Source: Candidatus Amesbacteria bacterium (GTDB lineage: Bacteria > Patescibacteriota > Microgenomatia > CAZETR01 > Amesbacteraceae). Taken from it: a stretch of DNA of 55,468 bases. Shown here piece after piece: positions 47,462-55,468 of the stretch (the first letter of the stretch is position 1; every line of letters starts with the position of its first letter). The notes beneath the pieces are model-generated. The model saw only the letters and a program-made list of their open reading frames with translations, was not told where the DNA came from and did not search any database. The stretch covers positions 1 through 55,468 of the forward strand of contig DAHWUD010000004.1 of assembly GCA_027331445.1 (NCBI GenBank), read 5' to 3'. The translations under genes were made by a program, and so were the position numbers.

Positions 47462-47982
47462 TGTATCCCTCCCGCCCCGTTAATCGTAAATGTTTTAGCC
47501 GTCGTCCCGCTGGCCCCGGACACCGTCACCTTAATCACATTTGAGCCGGACAGGGGCGGATAAATTCCCTGCCCGCCTGTCCGGAACATGACGGGGAATG
47601 CCGGCACCGGGCTCAGCACCGCCTTCACCCCGGCGGGGAAATTTTCCGTATGGCTGTAAAAAAACACCGGTGCCCCGCCGGGATAATCGGTCGCGCTGCA
47701 GACTCCTTCTACCGTATAAGTTCCTCCACCATTGGTCACATTTACCCGCCAGCCGATTAGCGGCAGCTCTCCCGCCGTGTTGCAGGCACAGGCCGTGCAG
47801 TCTTTTTTTCCGCTTTGGGCATTATCTTTTGCCTGGGAAAAGATCTGTTCCAGCCGATCTGCCCCAGTCGACACCCGCTGCTGGTTCCCGATTTGGATAT
47901 ACGCCGGCACTACCAGACCGATAATAATCACCACCACACCTATAGAGAGGAGTGTTTCCAATAACGTAAACCCTTCTCTCAT
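47458..47982 (-). CDS. Minor pilin (FimT/GspH-like)
   Basis: GFTLLETL. Confidence 0.8.
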   Translation of the reverse strand: MREGFTLLETLLSIGVVVIIIGLVVPAYIQIGNQQRVSTGADRLEQIFSQAKDNAQSGKKDCTACACNTAGELPLIGWRVNVTNGGGTYTVEGVCSATDYPGGAPVFFYSHTENFPAGVKAVLSPVPAFPVMFRTGGQGIYPPLSGSNVIKVTVSGASGTTAKTFTINGAGGIQ

Positions 47983-48401
47983 GGATTAGTGACAATATAC
48001 GGAGTCGGGGTAGGATAAGCCGGATCGTGTTCCATTAAATCACTCAGCGTATATGTACATGCCCCTGTCCCGCATGTCCCGGATGGCGAATACACATATA
48101 TGTATGAGCCTGTACTCAAAGGATCCGTCGGCAGGGCTGAAATGTAAGTGGGAGCCAAACAGGGCAATGCCCCAGTGCAACTGTAATTAAACGATGTCGG
48201 ATAATACCCCTGGTCGTTTCGGTAAGCTTCCAGCGCCGACCGGATATTTTCCAAATCCGACTTGCGTTTACTATCCCGGGCAAACTGCCGGGGTCCTTGC
48301 CCGATAATCGAAAACGCGAATGCCGAAAGTATTGCCAACAATCCAATTGCTACTAAAAGCTCAATTAGCGTAAAACCCTTCCTTCTAATAATTCCCCACA
48401 T
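47979..48401 (-). CDS. GspG-like pilin
   Basis: GFTLIELL, ARDSKRKSDL..I.SALEAY, LPTDP. Confidence 0.88.
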   Translation of the reverse strand: MWGIIRRKGFTLIELLVAIGLLAILSAFAFSIIGQGPRQFARDSKRKSDLENIRSALEAYRNDQGYYPTSFNYSCTGALPCLAPTYISALPTDPLSTGSYIYVYSPSGTCGTGACTYTLSDLMEHDPAYPTPTPYIVTNP

Positions 48402-48870
48402 ACCACTTACATTGTACCCCGGTACCGCACCCGACTGTCAAATTTTGCCGGGCTTCCGGGTCTCTTTCATATTCCAACCCGACGTAGATACGATATTTGT
48501 CCCGCTTCTCATCCACCACATATACATACTTCCATCCCCGGTCGGCCAACGGATCCGTCGGCATACCTTTCAGGTACACAACATTGTCATGGTCCACCAT
48601 GCTGTCCCCGCTGCCCCAGACGCACGGTCTGGCCCCTTTGTCGCCACAGGCCACTATCTGCCCGCCGGCCGTCGCCGCCGGATAAACCTGGTAATCCTCA
48701 AAATATACCTGCAGCGCCCGGGACACCAACTCCACATCCGCTTTCCGCTGCACATCCCGCGTCTTCATTTCTCCCACCACCAGCTGGAAAGAAGAGATCC
48801 CCAAAATCACCAGGATTATCCCCGCCACCACTACGACCTCGCTTTTCTTCCATTCCCACACCGAAAACAT
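48385..48870 (-). CDS. Pilin-like protein with atypical signal peptide
   Basis: RDVQRKADV, YLKGMPTDP; EWKKSE in place of GFTLxE. Confidence 0.75.
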   Translation of the reverse strand: MFSVWEWKKSEVVVVAGIILVILGISSFQLVVGEMKTRDVQRKADVELVSRALQVYFEDYQVYPAATAGGQIVACGDKGARPCVWGSGDSMVDHDNVVYLKGMPTDPLADRGWKYVYVVDEKRDKYRIYVGLEYERDPEARQNLTVGCGTGVQCKWYVGNY

Positions 48871-48898
48871 ATCCCTATTTTAAATTAGAAATCCAAAA

Positions 48899-49645
48899 TT
48901 AGAAATTAGGAATTAGTAATTTCACAATCTGTGCTCCCCATATCCATCCTATCCATGACCCGGCCACCAGCCAGGGTCCGAACGCCATCCGGCTCTTCAG
49001 TTTCTTTCTGCCCTGGATCAACAACGCTGCCCCATATATTCCCCCCAGCACGAATGCCAGCCATAGTCCCACGGCAACTTTTGGCCAACCCAGCCACCAC
49101 CCCATAACTGCCGCGATCTCGATGTCTCCCGCCCCCATCGCCTTTCCCCGCGTCACCGCCCAAATCCCGCCTATCAACCCCGCCGCCACCAGTAGTCCCA
49201 GTCCCCCCTCTTTAACCAAAGAGGGGGTCAGAGGGAGATTTAAAACCGTCACCAGCACCGCCCAAATCACCACCATCCAATCACTCACCAGCATTGTCTC
49301 CGCATCCATCACGAAAATAATCATAGTCACCCACAGTATCCCCATCACCACCGCCTCACCCATGATACCCAAACCGCTAAAGTAACTGATTGCTGCAAAT
49401 CCCGCCGCCATAAATAACTCCATCAAGAAATTCCTCGTATTGATCTTTTTATGGCAATATCTGCACTTTCCTCCCAAAGTCAAATACGAGAGTAGGGGAA
49501 TCAGGTCTGCGACTCCCAGCTCCTGCCCGCACTTATCACATACCGACCGGCCCGCGGCCCACGATTTCCCTTTCGGCAGCCGGTCAACCAGGGCATTGGC
49601 CGCACTCCCGAAAATCGCCCCGAAAATAAAAAAAATCACCCACAT
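48899..49645 (-). CDS. pilD: Prepilin peptidase
   Basis: RSVCDKC, GKCRYC, MGAGD, FGPWL. Confidence 0.92.
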   Translation of the reverse strand: MWVIFFIFGAIFGSAANALVDRLPKGKSWAAGRSVCDKCGQELGVADLIPLLSYLTLGGKCRYCHKKINTRNFLMELFMAAGFAAISYFSGLGIMGEAVVMGILWVTMIIFVMDAETMLVSDWMVVIWAVLVTVLNLPLTPSLVKEGGLGLLVAAGLIGGIWAVTRGKAMGAGDIEIAAVMGWWLGWPKVAVGLWLAFVLGGIYGAALLIQGRKKLKSRMAFGPWLVAGSWIGWIWGAQIVKLLIPNF

Positions 49646-49720
49646 ACCTTAATATACCACCCTCTCAACTCCCCCTCCTAAACTAGGAGAAGGCCGGGGG
49701 GTGGTACCGTAAACACAAAA

Positions 49721-49746
49721 AACACCGCCCCTTTCGGGGCAGTGTT
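49721..49746 (-). terminator. Terminator after the major pilin
   Basis: aacaccgcccc-tttc-ggggcagtgtt, T run on the minus strand. Confidence 0.7.
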
Positions 49747-49764
49747 AACTGCAACAACTGTAGT

Positions 49765-50223
49765 TTAGAAATCACAGTTATTTGACGTCACCGTCGGTAC
49801 GTTACATGATCCACACGCCTTGCCGTTAGTACTGGTCCAGTACCAATAAGCGGTTCCGTTGCAAGTACCAGCATGGAGATACTTAGCCGACGTCAGCGGA
49901 ACATAGACTCCGGCAGAAACCCCACCACCCAAATAGTTCAACGACGAACCCGCCGGTAGCACCGGCAGAGCAACCAATTCTCCTGTAAGCGTCAATTGGC
50001 TAAGTCCCCCCTGAGCTACAGTCGGATAATTTCCGTTCGTCTGCTGAGCCGCGTACGACTGTAAAGCCGTCGCCACCTGGCCCACAGCATTCTGAATGTT
50101 GGCGTCATTAGCTTGGCGGGTCTTTTCTAACGGGTTGATCAAAGCGACTACCCCAGCAGCCAAGACAGCCATAATCCCGATCACTACCAGCAATTCAATC
50201 AACGTAAAACCTTTCTTAATCAT
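49765..50223 (-). CDS. Probable major type IV pilin
   Basis: GFTLIELLVVI, strong RBS (GGGGGTGA), own terminator. Confidence 0.88.
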   Translation of the reverse strand: MIKKGFTLIELLVVIGIMAVLAAGVVALINPLEKTRQANDANIQNAVGQVATALQSYAAQQTNGNYPTVAQGGLSQLTLTGELVALPVLPAGSSLNYLGGGVSAGVYVPLTSAKYLHAGTCNGTAYWYWTSTNGKACGSCNVPTVTSNNCDF

Positions 50224-50259
50224 CGCTTTTGTTCACCCCCCTTCCACAACTCCCCTTCA

Positions 50260-51462
50260 TCATATGTGATTTGTAATCGAATAAATAGGCATAACAATCG
50301 AATAGAGCAAGAACCCTACCCCTACTGCCAATACAATTAGTATTATCGGTTCAATAGCCGTTGTCAAGCCTTTGACCTTTTCTTCCGAACCGGTTTCAAA
50401 ATAATGGGACAGTTTGGCCAGGACATCGTCCATCTTTCCCGTCTCCTCCCCCACAGCCACCATTTGCCCTACTACCACAGGCATAATTTCGCTCTCGGAA
50501 AAACTGATCGATACCGGAAAACCTTTCTCCACCTGCCGGGCAATCCGTTTTAAATCCGCCTCTACCAATTCGTTGCCCACAGCGTCCGCCACGATGTCCA
50601 GGGACTCGACGACGGAAATTCCCGCCCCCAGAAGTAGCGACAGCGTCCGCAGGACTTCCGCCAGCATCGTCTCTTTGGACAGCGACCCCACCACCGGCAA
50701 CCGGTAAGCCACACTGTCCCATTGCAACCGCCCCCGCTTTGAAGCCATATACGACTGGCCCATAAAATACCCCCCGGCCACGATTAAAATCACCGCCCAC
50801 CAGTCATGCACCATAAAGTTGGAAATGGCGATCATCGCCCGGGTAGAAAACGGCAGACTGGTATTGAAGTCGGCGTAGAGAGCCGTCAGCTTGGGAATCA
50901 CTAAGACCATCATCAGCACAAATACGCCCACCATGGCGATCAGAATGATCACCGGGTAAATCATCGCCCCCACCACCTTTCCGTGAAATTCCCGGGATTT
51001 CTCCGAATTCTCCGCCAGTCGGTTGAGGATCTGCTCCATAACCCCGGCTGTCTCCGCCGCCCGCACCAACGCCGTGTACACTTTGGAAAAGACTTTGGGG
51101 TGTTTTTCCATCGCCGCCGACAAAGCCAGCCCTCCCTGCACATCGGCCAACAGGTCGCCGATCACCACCGATAACGCCGGTTTGGATTGCACTTTCAACA
51201 GGTTTAAAGCGTCCGTGAGGGGCAATCCGGCCGTGATCATCGTCGACAGCTGCCGGGTAAAATTTGTCACGTCGTCGCCGCTCACCTTTCCCGTCATCCC
51301 CTGCAATTTTTCCAGGCTCAAAAGCGGCTTGGCCTCGTCAATCCGGATCGGCACCAGCTTGTTTTGCTTCAGGGCGTCCGCCACCCCCGTCGGCCCGTTC
51401 ATCTCCATCTCGCCTTTAGCCAACTTTCCGGAAAAATCACGGGCAGTATATTTAAACTTCAT
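50260..51462 (-). CDS. pilC: Type IV pilus platform protein PilC
   Basis: FTRQLSTMITAGLPL, AMIYP, VGEETG.MD, IEP, MPIY. Confidence 0.95.
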   Translation of the reverse strand: MKFKYTARDFSGKLAKGEMEMNGPTGVADALKQNKLVPIRIDEAKPLLSLEKLQGMTGKVSGDDVTNFTRQLSTMITAGLPLTDALNLLKVQSKPALSVVIGDLLADVQGGLALSAAMEKHPKVFSKVYTALVRAAETAGVMEQILNRLAENSEKSREFHGKVVGAMIYPVIILIAMVGVFVLMMVLVIPKLTALYADFNTSLPFSTRAMIAISNFMVHDWWAVILIVAGGYFMGQSYMASKRGRLQWDSVAYRLPVVGSLSKETMLAEVLRTLSLLLGAGISVVESLDIVADAVGNELVEADLKRIARQVEKGFPVSISFSESEIMPVVVGQMVAVGEETGKMDDVLAKLSHYFETGSEEKVKGLTTAIEPIILIVLAVGVGFLLYSIVMPIYSITNHI

Positions 51463-51464
51463 AG

Positions 51465-52526
51465 CTACAAACTGCCTTTGACACTTTTTTGTAAGTCCTC
51501 CGGCCTCAATGCGAAAGCCCGTGCCGTCTCCAGGCTGATTGTCCCGTCCCGCACCATCCTACCGAGCGTCCATTCCAGAGTCATCATCCCGTATTCCGAG
51601 GACGTCAGGATAATGTTATCCAGCATGTGCGTCCGCCCCTCCCGCACCGCCGTCCGCACCGCCTGCGTCGCCGTCATGATCTCGTAGGCCACCGCCCGGC
51701 CTCCTCCCACCTTGGGTAAGAGCCGCTGCGAAAACACCGCTTCCAAATTCTCCGACAATTGCAGCCTGACCTGCGGTTGCTGGTTCTCCGGAAACACGTC
51801 CACAATCCGGTCCACCGTCTGAGCCGCCGAGTTGGTATGCAAAGTGGCAAACACCAGATGGCCCGTCTCCGCAATTGTCAAAGCGGCGGCGATTGTCTCA
51901 AAATCCCGCATTTCTCCGATGAGTACTACATCCGGATCTTCCCGCAGTACCGATCTTAAAGCAATTTCCCATGAATGGGTGTCATTGTGCACCTCCCGTT
52001 GGGACACCACCGCCCGCTTAGGCGTATAGACATACTCAATCGGATCCTCAATTGTCACCACATGTACCGGCCGCGTACCGTTAATCTCTTCGATAATGGC
52101 GGCGAGGGTCGTGGATTTTCCCTGCCCCGTCGGCCCGGTCACCAGCACAAATCCCTGCTTCAAAGTCGCGAAGTCATGGCAGATTTTCGGCAGCCCCAAA
52201 TCCTCCATCGTCGGAATATTCGCGGAGATCAGCCGGAAACTTCCCGCCATTTCCCCCTTCTCAAAATACACGTTCACCCGGAACCTGGCATTCTCCCCGA
52301 ATGAAAACGAAAAATCCGACTCTTTATTTACCAGATAAATCTGCTTTTGCTCCGGGCTCATCACTCCAGACAGCAGCACCTCCACCTGATTGGGATTCAA
52401 TGTCGTCTCTCCCACCACCGCCACCAAATCTCCGTCCACCCGAATAAGAGGTGGCGATCCCACCACCAAATGCAAATCCGAAGCCTTCTTGGCAATCACG
52501 TACATTAATAATTGTTGAATTGTCAC
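51465..52526 (-). CDS. pilT: Retraction ATPase PilT
   Basis: ASDLHL, GPTGQGKSTT, LREDPD, AETGHLVFATLHT, AVRTAVRE. Confidence 0.95.
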   Translation of the reverse strand: MTIQQLLMYVIAKKASDLHLVVGSPPLIRVDGDLVAVVGETTLNPNQVEVLLSGVMSPEQKQIYLVNKESDFSFSFGENARFRVNVYFEKGEMAGSFRLISANIPTMEDLGLPKICHDFATLKQGFVLVTGPTGQGKSTTLAAIIEEINGTRPVHVVTIEDPIEYVYTPKRAVVSQREVHNDTHSWEIALRSVLREDPDVVLIGEMRDFETIAAALTIAETGHLVFATLHTNSAAQTVDRIVDVFPENQQPQVRLQLSENLEAVFSQRLLPKVGGGRAVAYEIMTATQAVRTAVREGRTHMLDNIILTSSEYGMMTLEWTLGRMVRDGTISLETARAFALRPEDLQKSVKGSL

Positions 52527-52531
52527 AGGCT

Positions 52532-54283
52532 TTATTCCTGCGCTACGCGCAGCACCTCATCAATAGTAGTGAGTCCCTCCACCACTTTCAAATAACCGTC
52601 CTGTTTCATTGTCACCATCCCCTCTGCCACCGCCTGATCCTCAATCTCCGATGCCGCGGCATGCTCCAGGATTAACCGCCCGATTTTTTCTGACACCGGC
52701 AGCACCTCAAAAATTCCCACCCGTCCCCGGTAACCGGTGTTTGCGCACTGCTCGCACCCGACCCCTTTGAAAAATTCCACTTTGGCACCCGCCGCCGTCT
52801 GCCACAATTTTCCCAGGATCTTCCTCATGTCCGCAATTACTTCTTCCGCCGGGACGTACGGCTTTTTGCACACGCTGCACACCTTCCGGCAGACCCGTTG
52901 CCCCACGATAGCCGTAATGGTTGATGCTAAGAGGTACGGTTCGGCTTTCATATCCAGTAGCCGGGGAAGAGCTCCCGCCGCCGAGTTGGTGTGCAGGGTG
53001 GAAAATACCAAATGCCCGGTCAAAGCCGCCTGCACCGCCAATTCCGCCGTCTCTTCATCCCGCACCTCTCCCACCATGATCACGTTCGGATCCTGCCGCA
53101 AAAACGACCGCAGTCCCGACGCGAACGTCAGCCCCGCCTGCGGATTGATCTGTACCTGGTTTACCCCCGGCATTTGATATTCCACCGGGTCCTCGAGAGT
53201 CAGAATATTGACTTTTACCGTGTTAATCCGGGCTAAAACCGCATACAGCGTCGTCGTCTTCCCCGAACCCGTCGGTCCGGTTACGAGAATTATTCCGTGC
53301 GGCCGCAAAATCGCTTCTTCTAGATTCTTGAGAGCCCGGCCCCGCAGCCCGAGTTCATTCAACGTCGGCACCCCGCCGGTCTTTTTAAGTAGACGCATGA
53401 CAATCTTCTCCCCGTCCACCGTCGGCAGCGAAGACACCCGCAAATCCACTTCATCCGTATCCGTCTGGAAATTAAACCGGCCGTCCTGGGGAATCCGCTT
53501 CTCGTCAATTTTCATATCCGACAAAATCTTGATCCGGGAGATCAGGGCATCATGAATTTTTTTGGGCAAAACGAGTTTCTCATGCAAAATTCCGTCTATC
53601 CGGTACCGCACCCGGGTCCGGTCCTCCAGCGGTTCAATGTGCACATCCGATGCCCGCGACTTGACCGCAAATTCCAATATGGTGGTGACTATCTTGGCAA
53701 TGGGAGCTTCCCGGATGTATTCCCCCACCTTCCGGATATTCACCGTTTTCACTTCCACTTCGTTCTCTCCACCCGCCTCTTTAAGGGCCGCCGTCACTTC
53801 TGTTGACAAACTCTGGGCATAACTGGTGGCGATGGCATCCGTCACTTCCTTTGGCAGCGTCGCATACGGCTTTATCCGGCAGCCGGTCTTTTTTTCCAAA
53901 AATTCAATTGCCGCCAGGTCCATAGGGTTGGCCATCGCCACCGCCAATTCGTTCGTCGCCGCCTTAAAATCAAAGGGGATCAGGTTCAGTCTTTCGGAGA
54001 TAGCCCGATCCACCCGCCCCAAAGCTACGGGGGAAACTGCGACTTCCGACAACTTTATAAACGGCACGTTCAGGTATTTGGCCCGGGCCCGGATCATATC
54101 CTCCTGGCTCACCAATTCCTGCTGTACCAGCCAATCCGTCATCGCCATCCCCGAGGTGACAAACGCCATATTGGCCCTATCCGCATCCGCCTGTTTCAGC
54201 TTCCCGTCCGCCACCAGGCTCGCCACCACGGCAACGGGTTCATTTTCATCCTGGGACACTCCAACCTTCCGGGCAGGCGGCAT
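52532..54283 (-). CDS. pilB: Extension ATPase PilB
   Basis: ASDVHIEP, GPTGSGKTTT, LRQDP, CxxC..CxxC, GYRGR. Confidence 0.95.
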   Translation of the reverse strand: MPPARKVGVSQDENEPVAVVASLVADGKLKQADADRANMAFVTSGMAMTDWLVQQELVSQEDMIRARAKYLNVPFIKLSEVAVSPVALGRVDRAISERLNLIPFDFKAATNELAVAMANPMDLAAIEFLEKKTGCRIKPYATLPKEVTDAIATSYAQSLSTEVTAALKEAGGENEVEVKTVNIRKVGEYIREAPIAKIVTTILEFAVKSRASDVHIEPLEDRTRVRYRIDGILHEKLVLPKKIHDALISRIKILSDMKIDEKRIPQDGRFNFQTDTDEVDLRVSSLPTVDGEKIVMRLLKKTGGVPTLNELGLRGRALKNLEEAILRPHGIILVTGPTGSGKTTTLYAVLARINTVKVNILTLEDPVEYQMPGVNQVQINPQAGLTFASGLRSFLRQDPNVIMVGEVRDEETAELAVQAALTGHLVFSTLHTNSAAGALPRLLDMKAEPYLLASTITAIVGQRVCRKVCSVCKKPYVPAEEVIADMRKILGKLWQTAAGAKVEFFKGVGCEQCANTGYRGRVGIFEVLPVSEKIGRLILEHAAASEIEDQAVAEGMVTMKQDGYLKVVEGLTTIDEVLRVAQE

Positions 54284-54321
54284 ATACCTCCATTATGCAC
54301 AATTTCCTCACAGAAATAAAC

Positions 54322-55452
54322 TCACAAACGCTTCCGCAAATCCAAACCCTCGATAAAACTCTTATCCAATACTTCTTCTTCCGACTCCATCTCATCACCC
54401 CCTACAATTAACACTTTTTTCCCCCCGAGTCTTTCGCCCAAAATTCTCTGCGCCCGGCTGGGCCGCCGGCCCCTCTTGCCCTGCTCGGCCTTGGCCTTAC
54501 TAAACTCATCCGGGAAAGCCTTGGCCAAAGCCGCCAAATAAATTTCGTGGATGTTCAGAGCCGTATCCATGGCATACTTAAATCTCTCATACACCTCCTC
54601 TTTATCTTTTTCCCCGTCGATGCAGGCATAAATCCGGTAGGGGACTTCCCCCTGCAAAATTTCTCCGTGCAGCCGCCAATACTGCTCATAAAGTCTTGGC
54701 AAAAAATCCTTGTTCGCCACCGGACCAGGCTTGCCTCTGCCAAAAGATATCTCCGGGCGGGTCATCATCATAATCACCCCACCTATCTGGACCGGCGTAT
54801 TTTCCAAATCATACATAAATTCGCCCTCATCCTCCATTACTTTTGGATCCACATCTCCCCGGCCGAACAGAACTCTCCTAAAAGCCCTTCTGTCAATTTG
54901 CCCTCGGTCGGAAACCACCAACCTCATTCCGGAATTGACGTTTTTTAATGCCTCTATATAGCCAAAAAAAGTCGCCGTCCCTCCTAGTAGTGAATAATGA
55001 AATGGGTCAGAATACCTGAGATCGCCGTAGTCCGGTTCTATCTTTCTGGGCCCCTCTTCTACGAACGCCAGTTTGTACCTTTCACCTCTTAACCAAAGTT
55101 CTTTCAAATAGCGATTAATAGCCGTAGACTTTCCTGCTCTCGGCATTCCCAGCACTTCAACTGCATATGGCACACGCAGGTTAGCCATTAAATCCGGACG
55201 TACCAACAGGCTGCCGACTTTGGGTGCTTCAGACGGCGTCGTATCTTCTCTTATACCCAAATATTCCAAAGCCAGTTGTGTCCGATATTCTTCGTCCAAT
55301 AAAATTTCTTTTGCTCCCGCCTCAACTTGCTTCGCGTTTGCTTCTAATGCTCTGTTATATCTCCAGTTTTCCAGCATTAACTCGCATTCTATGTCTAGGA
55401 CGCTATACATTTCGGAATGAGTAATCATTTCGATGCCATCAGATTTCCACAA
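54322..55452 (-). CDS. P-loop kinase-like protein (thymidylate-kinase-like), probably truncated at the window edge
   Basis: EVLGMPRAGKST, VVSDRG; frame is open to the window end. Confidence 0.6.
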   Translation of the reverse strand: MWKSDGIEMITHSEMYSVLDIECELMLENWRYNRALEANAKQVEAGAKEILLDEEYRTQLALEYLGIREDTTPSEAPKVGSLLVRPDLMANLRVPYAVEVLGMPRAGKSTAINRYLKELWLRGERYKLAFVEEGPRKIEPDYGDLRYSDPFHYSLLGGTATFFGYIEALKNVNSGMRLVVSDRGQIDRRAFRRVLFGRGDVDPKVMEDEGEFMYDLENTPVQIGGVIMMMTRPEISFGRGKPGPVANKDFLPRLYEQYWRLHGEILQGEVPYRIYACIDGEKDKEEVYERFKYAMDTALNIHEIYLAALAKAFPDEFSKAKAEQGKRGRRPSRAQRILGERLGGKKVLIVGGDEMESEEEVLDKSFIEGLDLRKRL

Positions 55453-55468
55453 AATCAGGTATATTCTT

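Noticed and set aside
43390-54283. Type IV pilus cluster as a novelty
   Set aside because: Ordinary for CPR; the absence of pilQ/pilP is expected without an outer membrane.
14713-55424. Many 60-250 aa alternative-frame and antisense ORFs over ABC, PBP, pheT and pil genes
   Set aside because: Expected from GC-rich codon bias; they have no motifs and are nested in well-supported genes.
1-55468. CRISPR array, DGR, IS element or rRNA
   Set aside because: No regularly spaced repeats, reverse transcriptase, transposase or rRNA motifs seen.
1-55468. UGA-to-Gly recoding (genetic code 25)
   Set aside because: pheS, infC and rnc end at TGA at normal lengths, and core genes have no internal TGA.

Overview
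Chromosomal window from what is most likely a Patescibacteria/CPR (Microgenomates-like) bacterium. This is inferred from the gene set and gene forms; it is not a database result. From left to right: (1) an AT-rich tRNA cluster with orphan inserts and a decayed LAGLIDADG gene. (2) A ~9.9 kb integrated satellite-like element (4219-14110) that enters tRNA-Phe at the anticodon arm and supplies a replacement 5' half plus promoter. It encodes two tyrosine recombinases, Xis, XRE, a TerS-like protein, an initiator and a primase-helicase, but no structural genes. Its cargo includes a membrane protein made of PilC transmembrane segments fused to a PsbP-like ectodomain. (3) A small second islet at the tRNA-Phe 3' end. 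(4) A heterodimeric ABC exporter with MarR and two membrane-fusion proteins. (5) A dead GIY-YIG gene carrying a pseudo-tRNA-Gly. (6) Housekeeping genes: dinB, PPIase, tig, nfo, thrS-infC-rpmI-rplT, an AlaX-PheS fusion, pheT, PBP1A, recG, rpmF, nusB, a Ser-less ACP, rnc, rpsP and khpA. (7) A complete type IV pilus cluster. The best leads are the satellite-like element, its PilC-mimic cargo, the AlaX-PheS fusion, and the recurring tRNA 'ghost' copies and short palindromic repeats.
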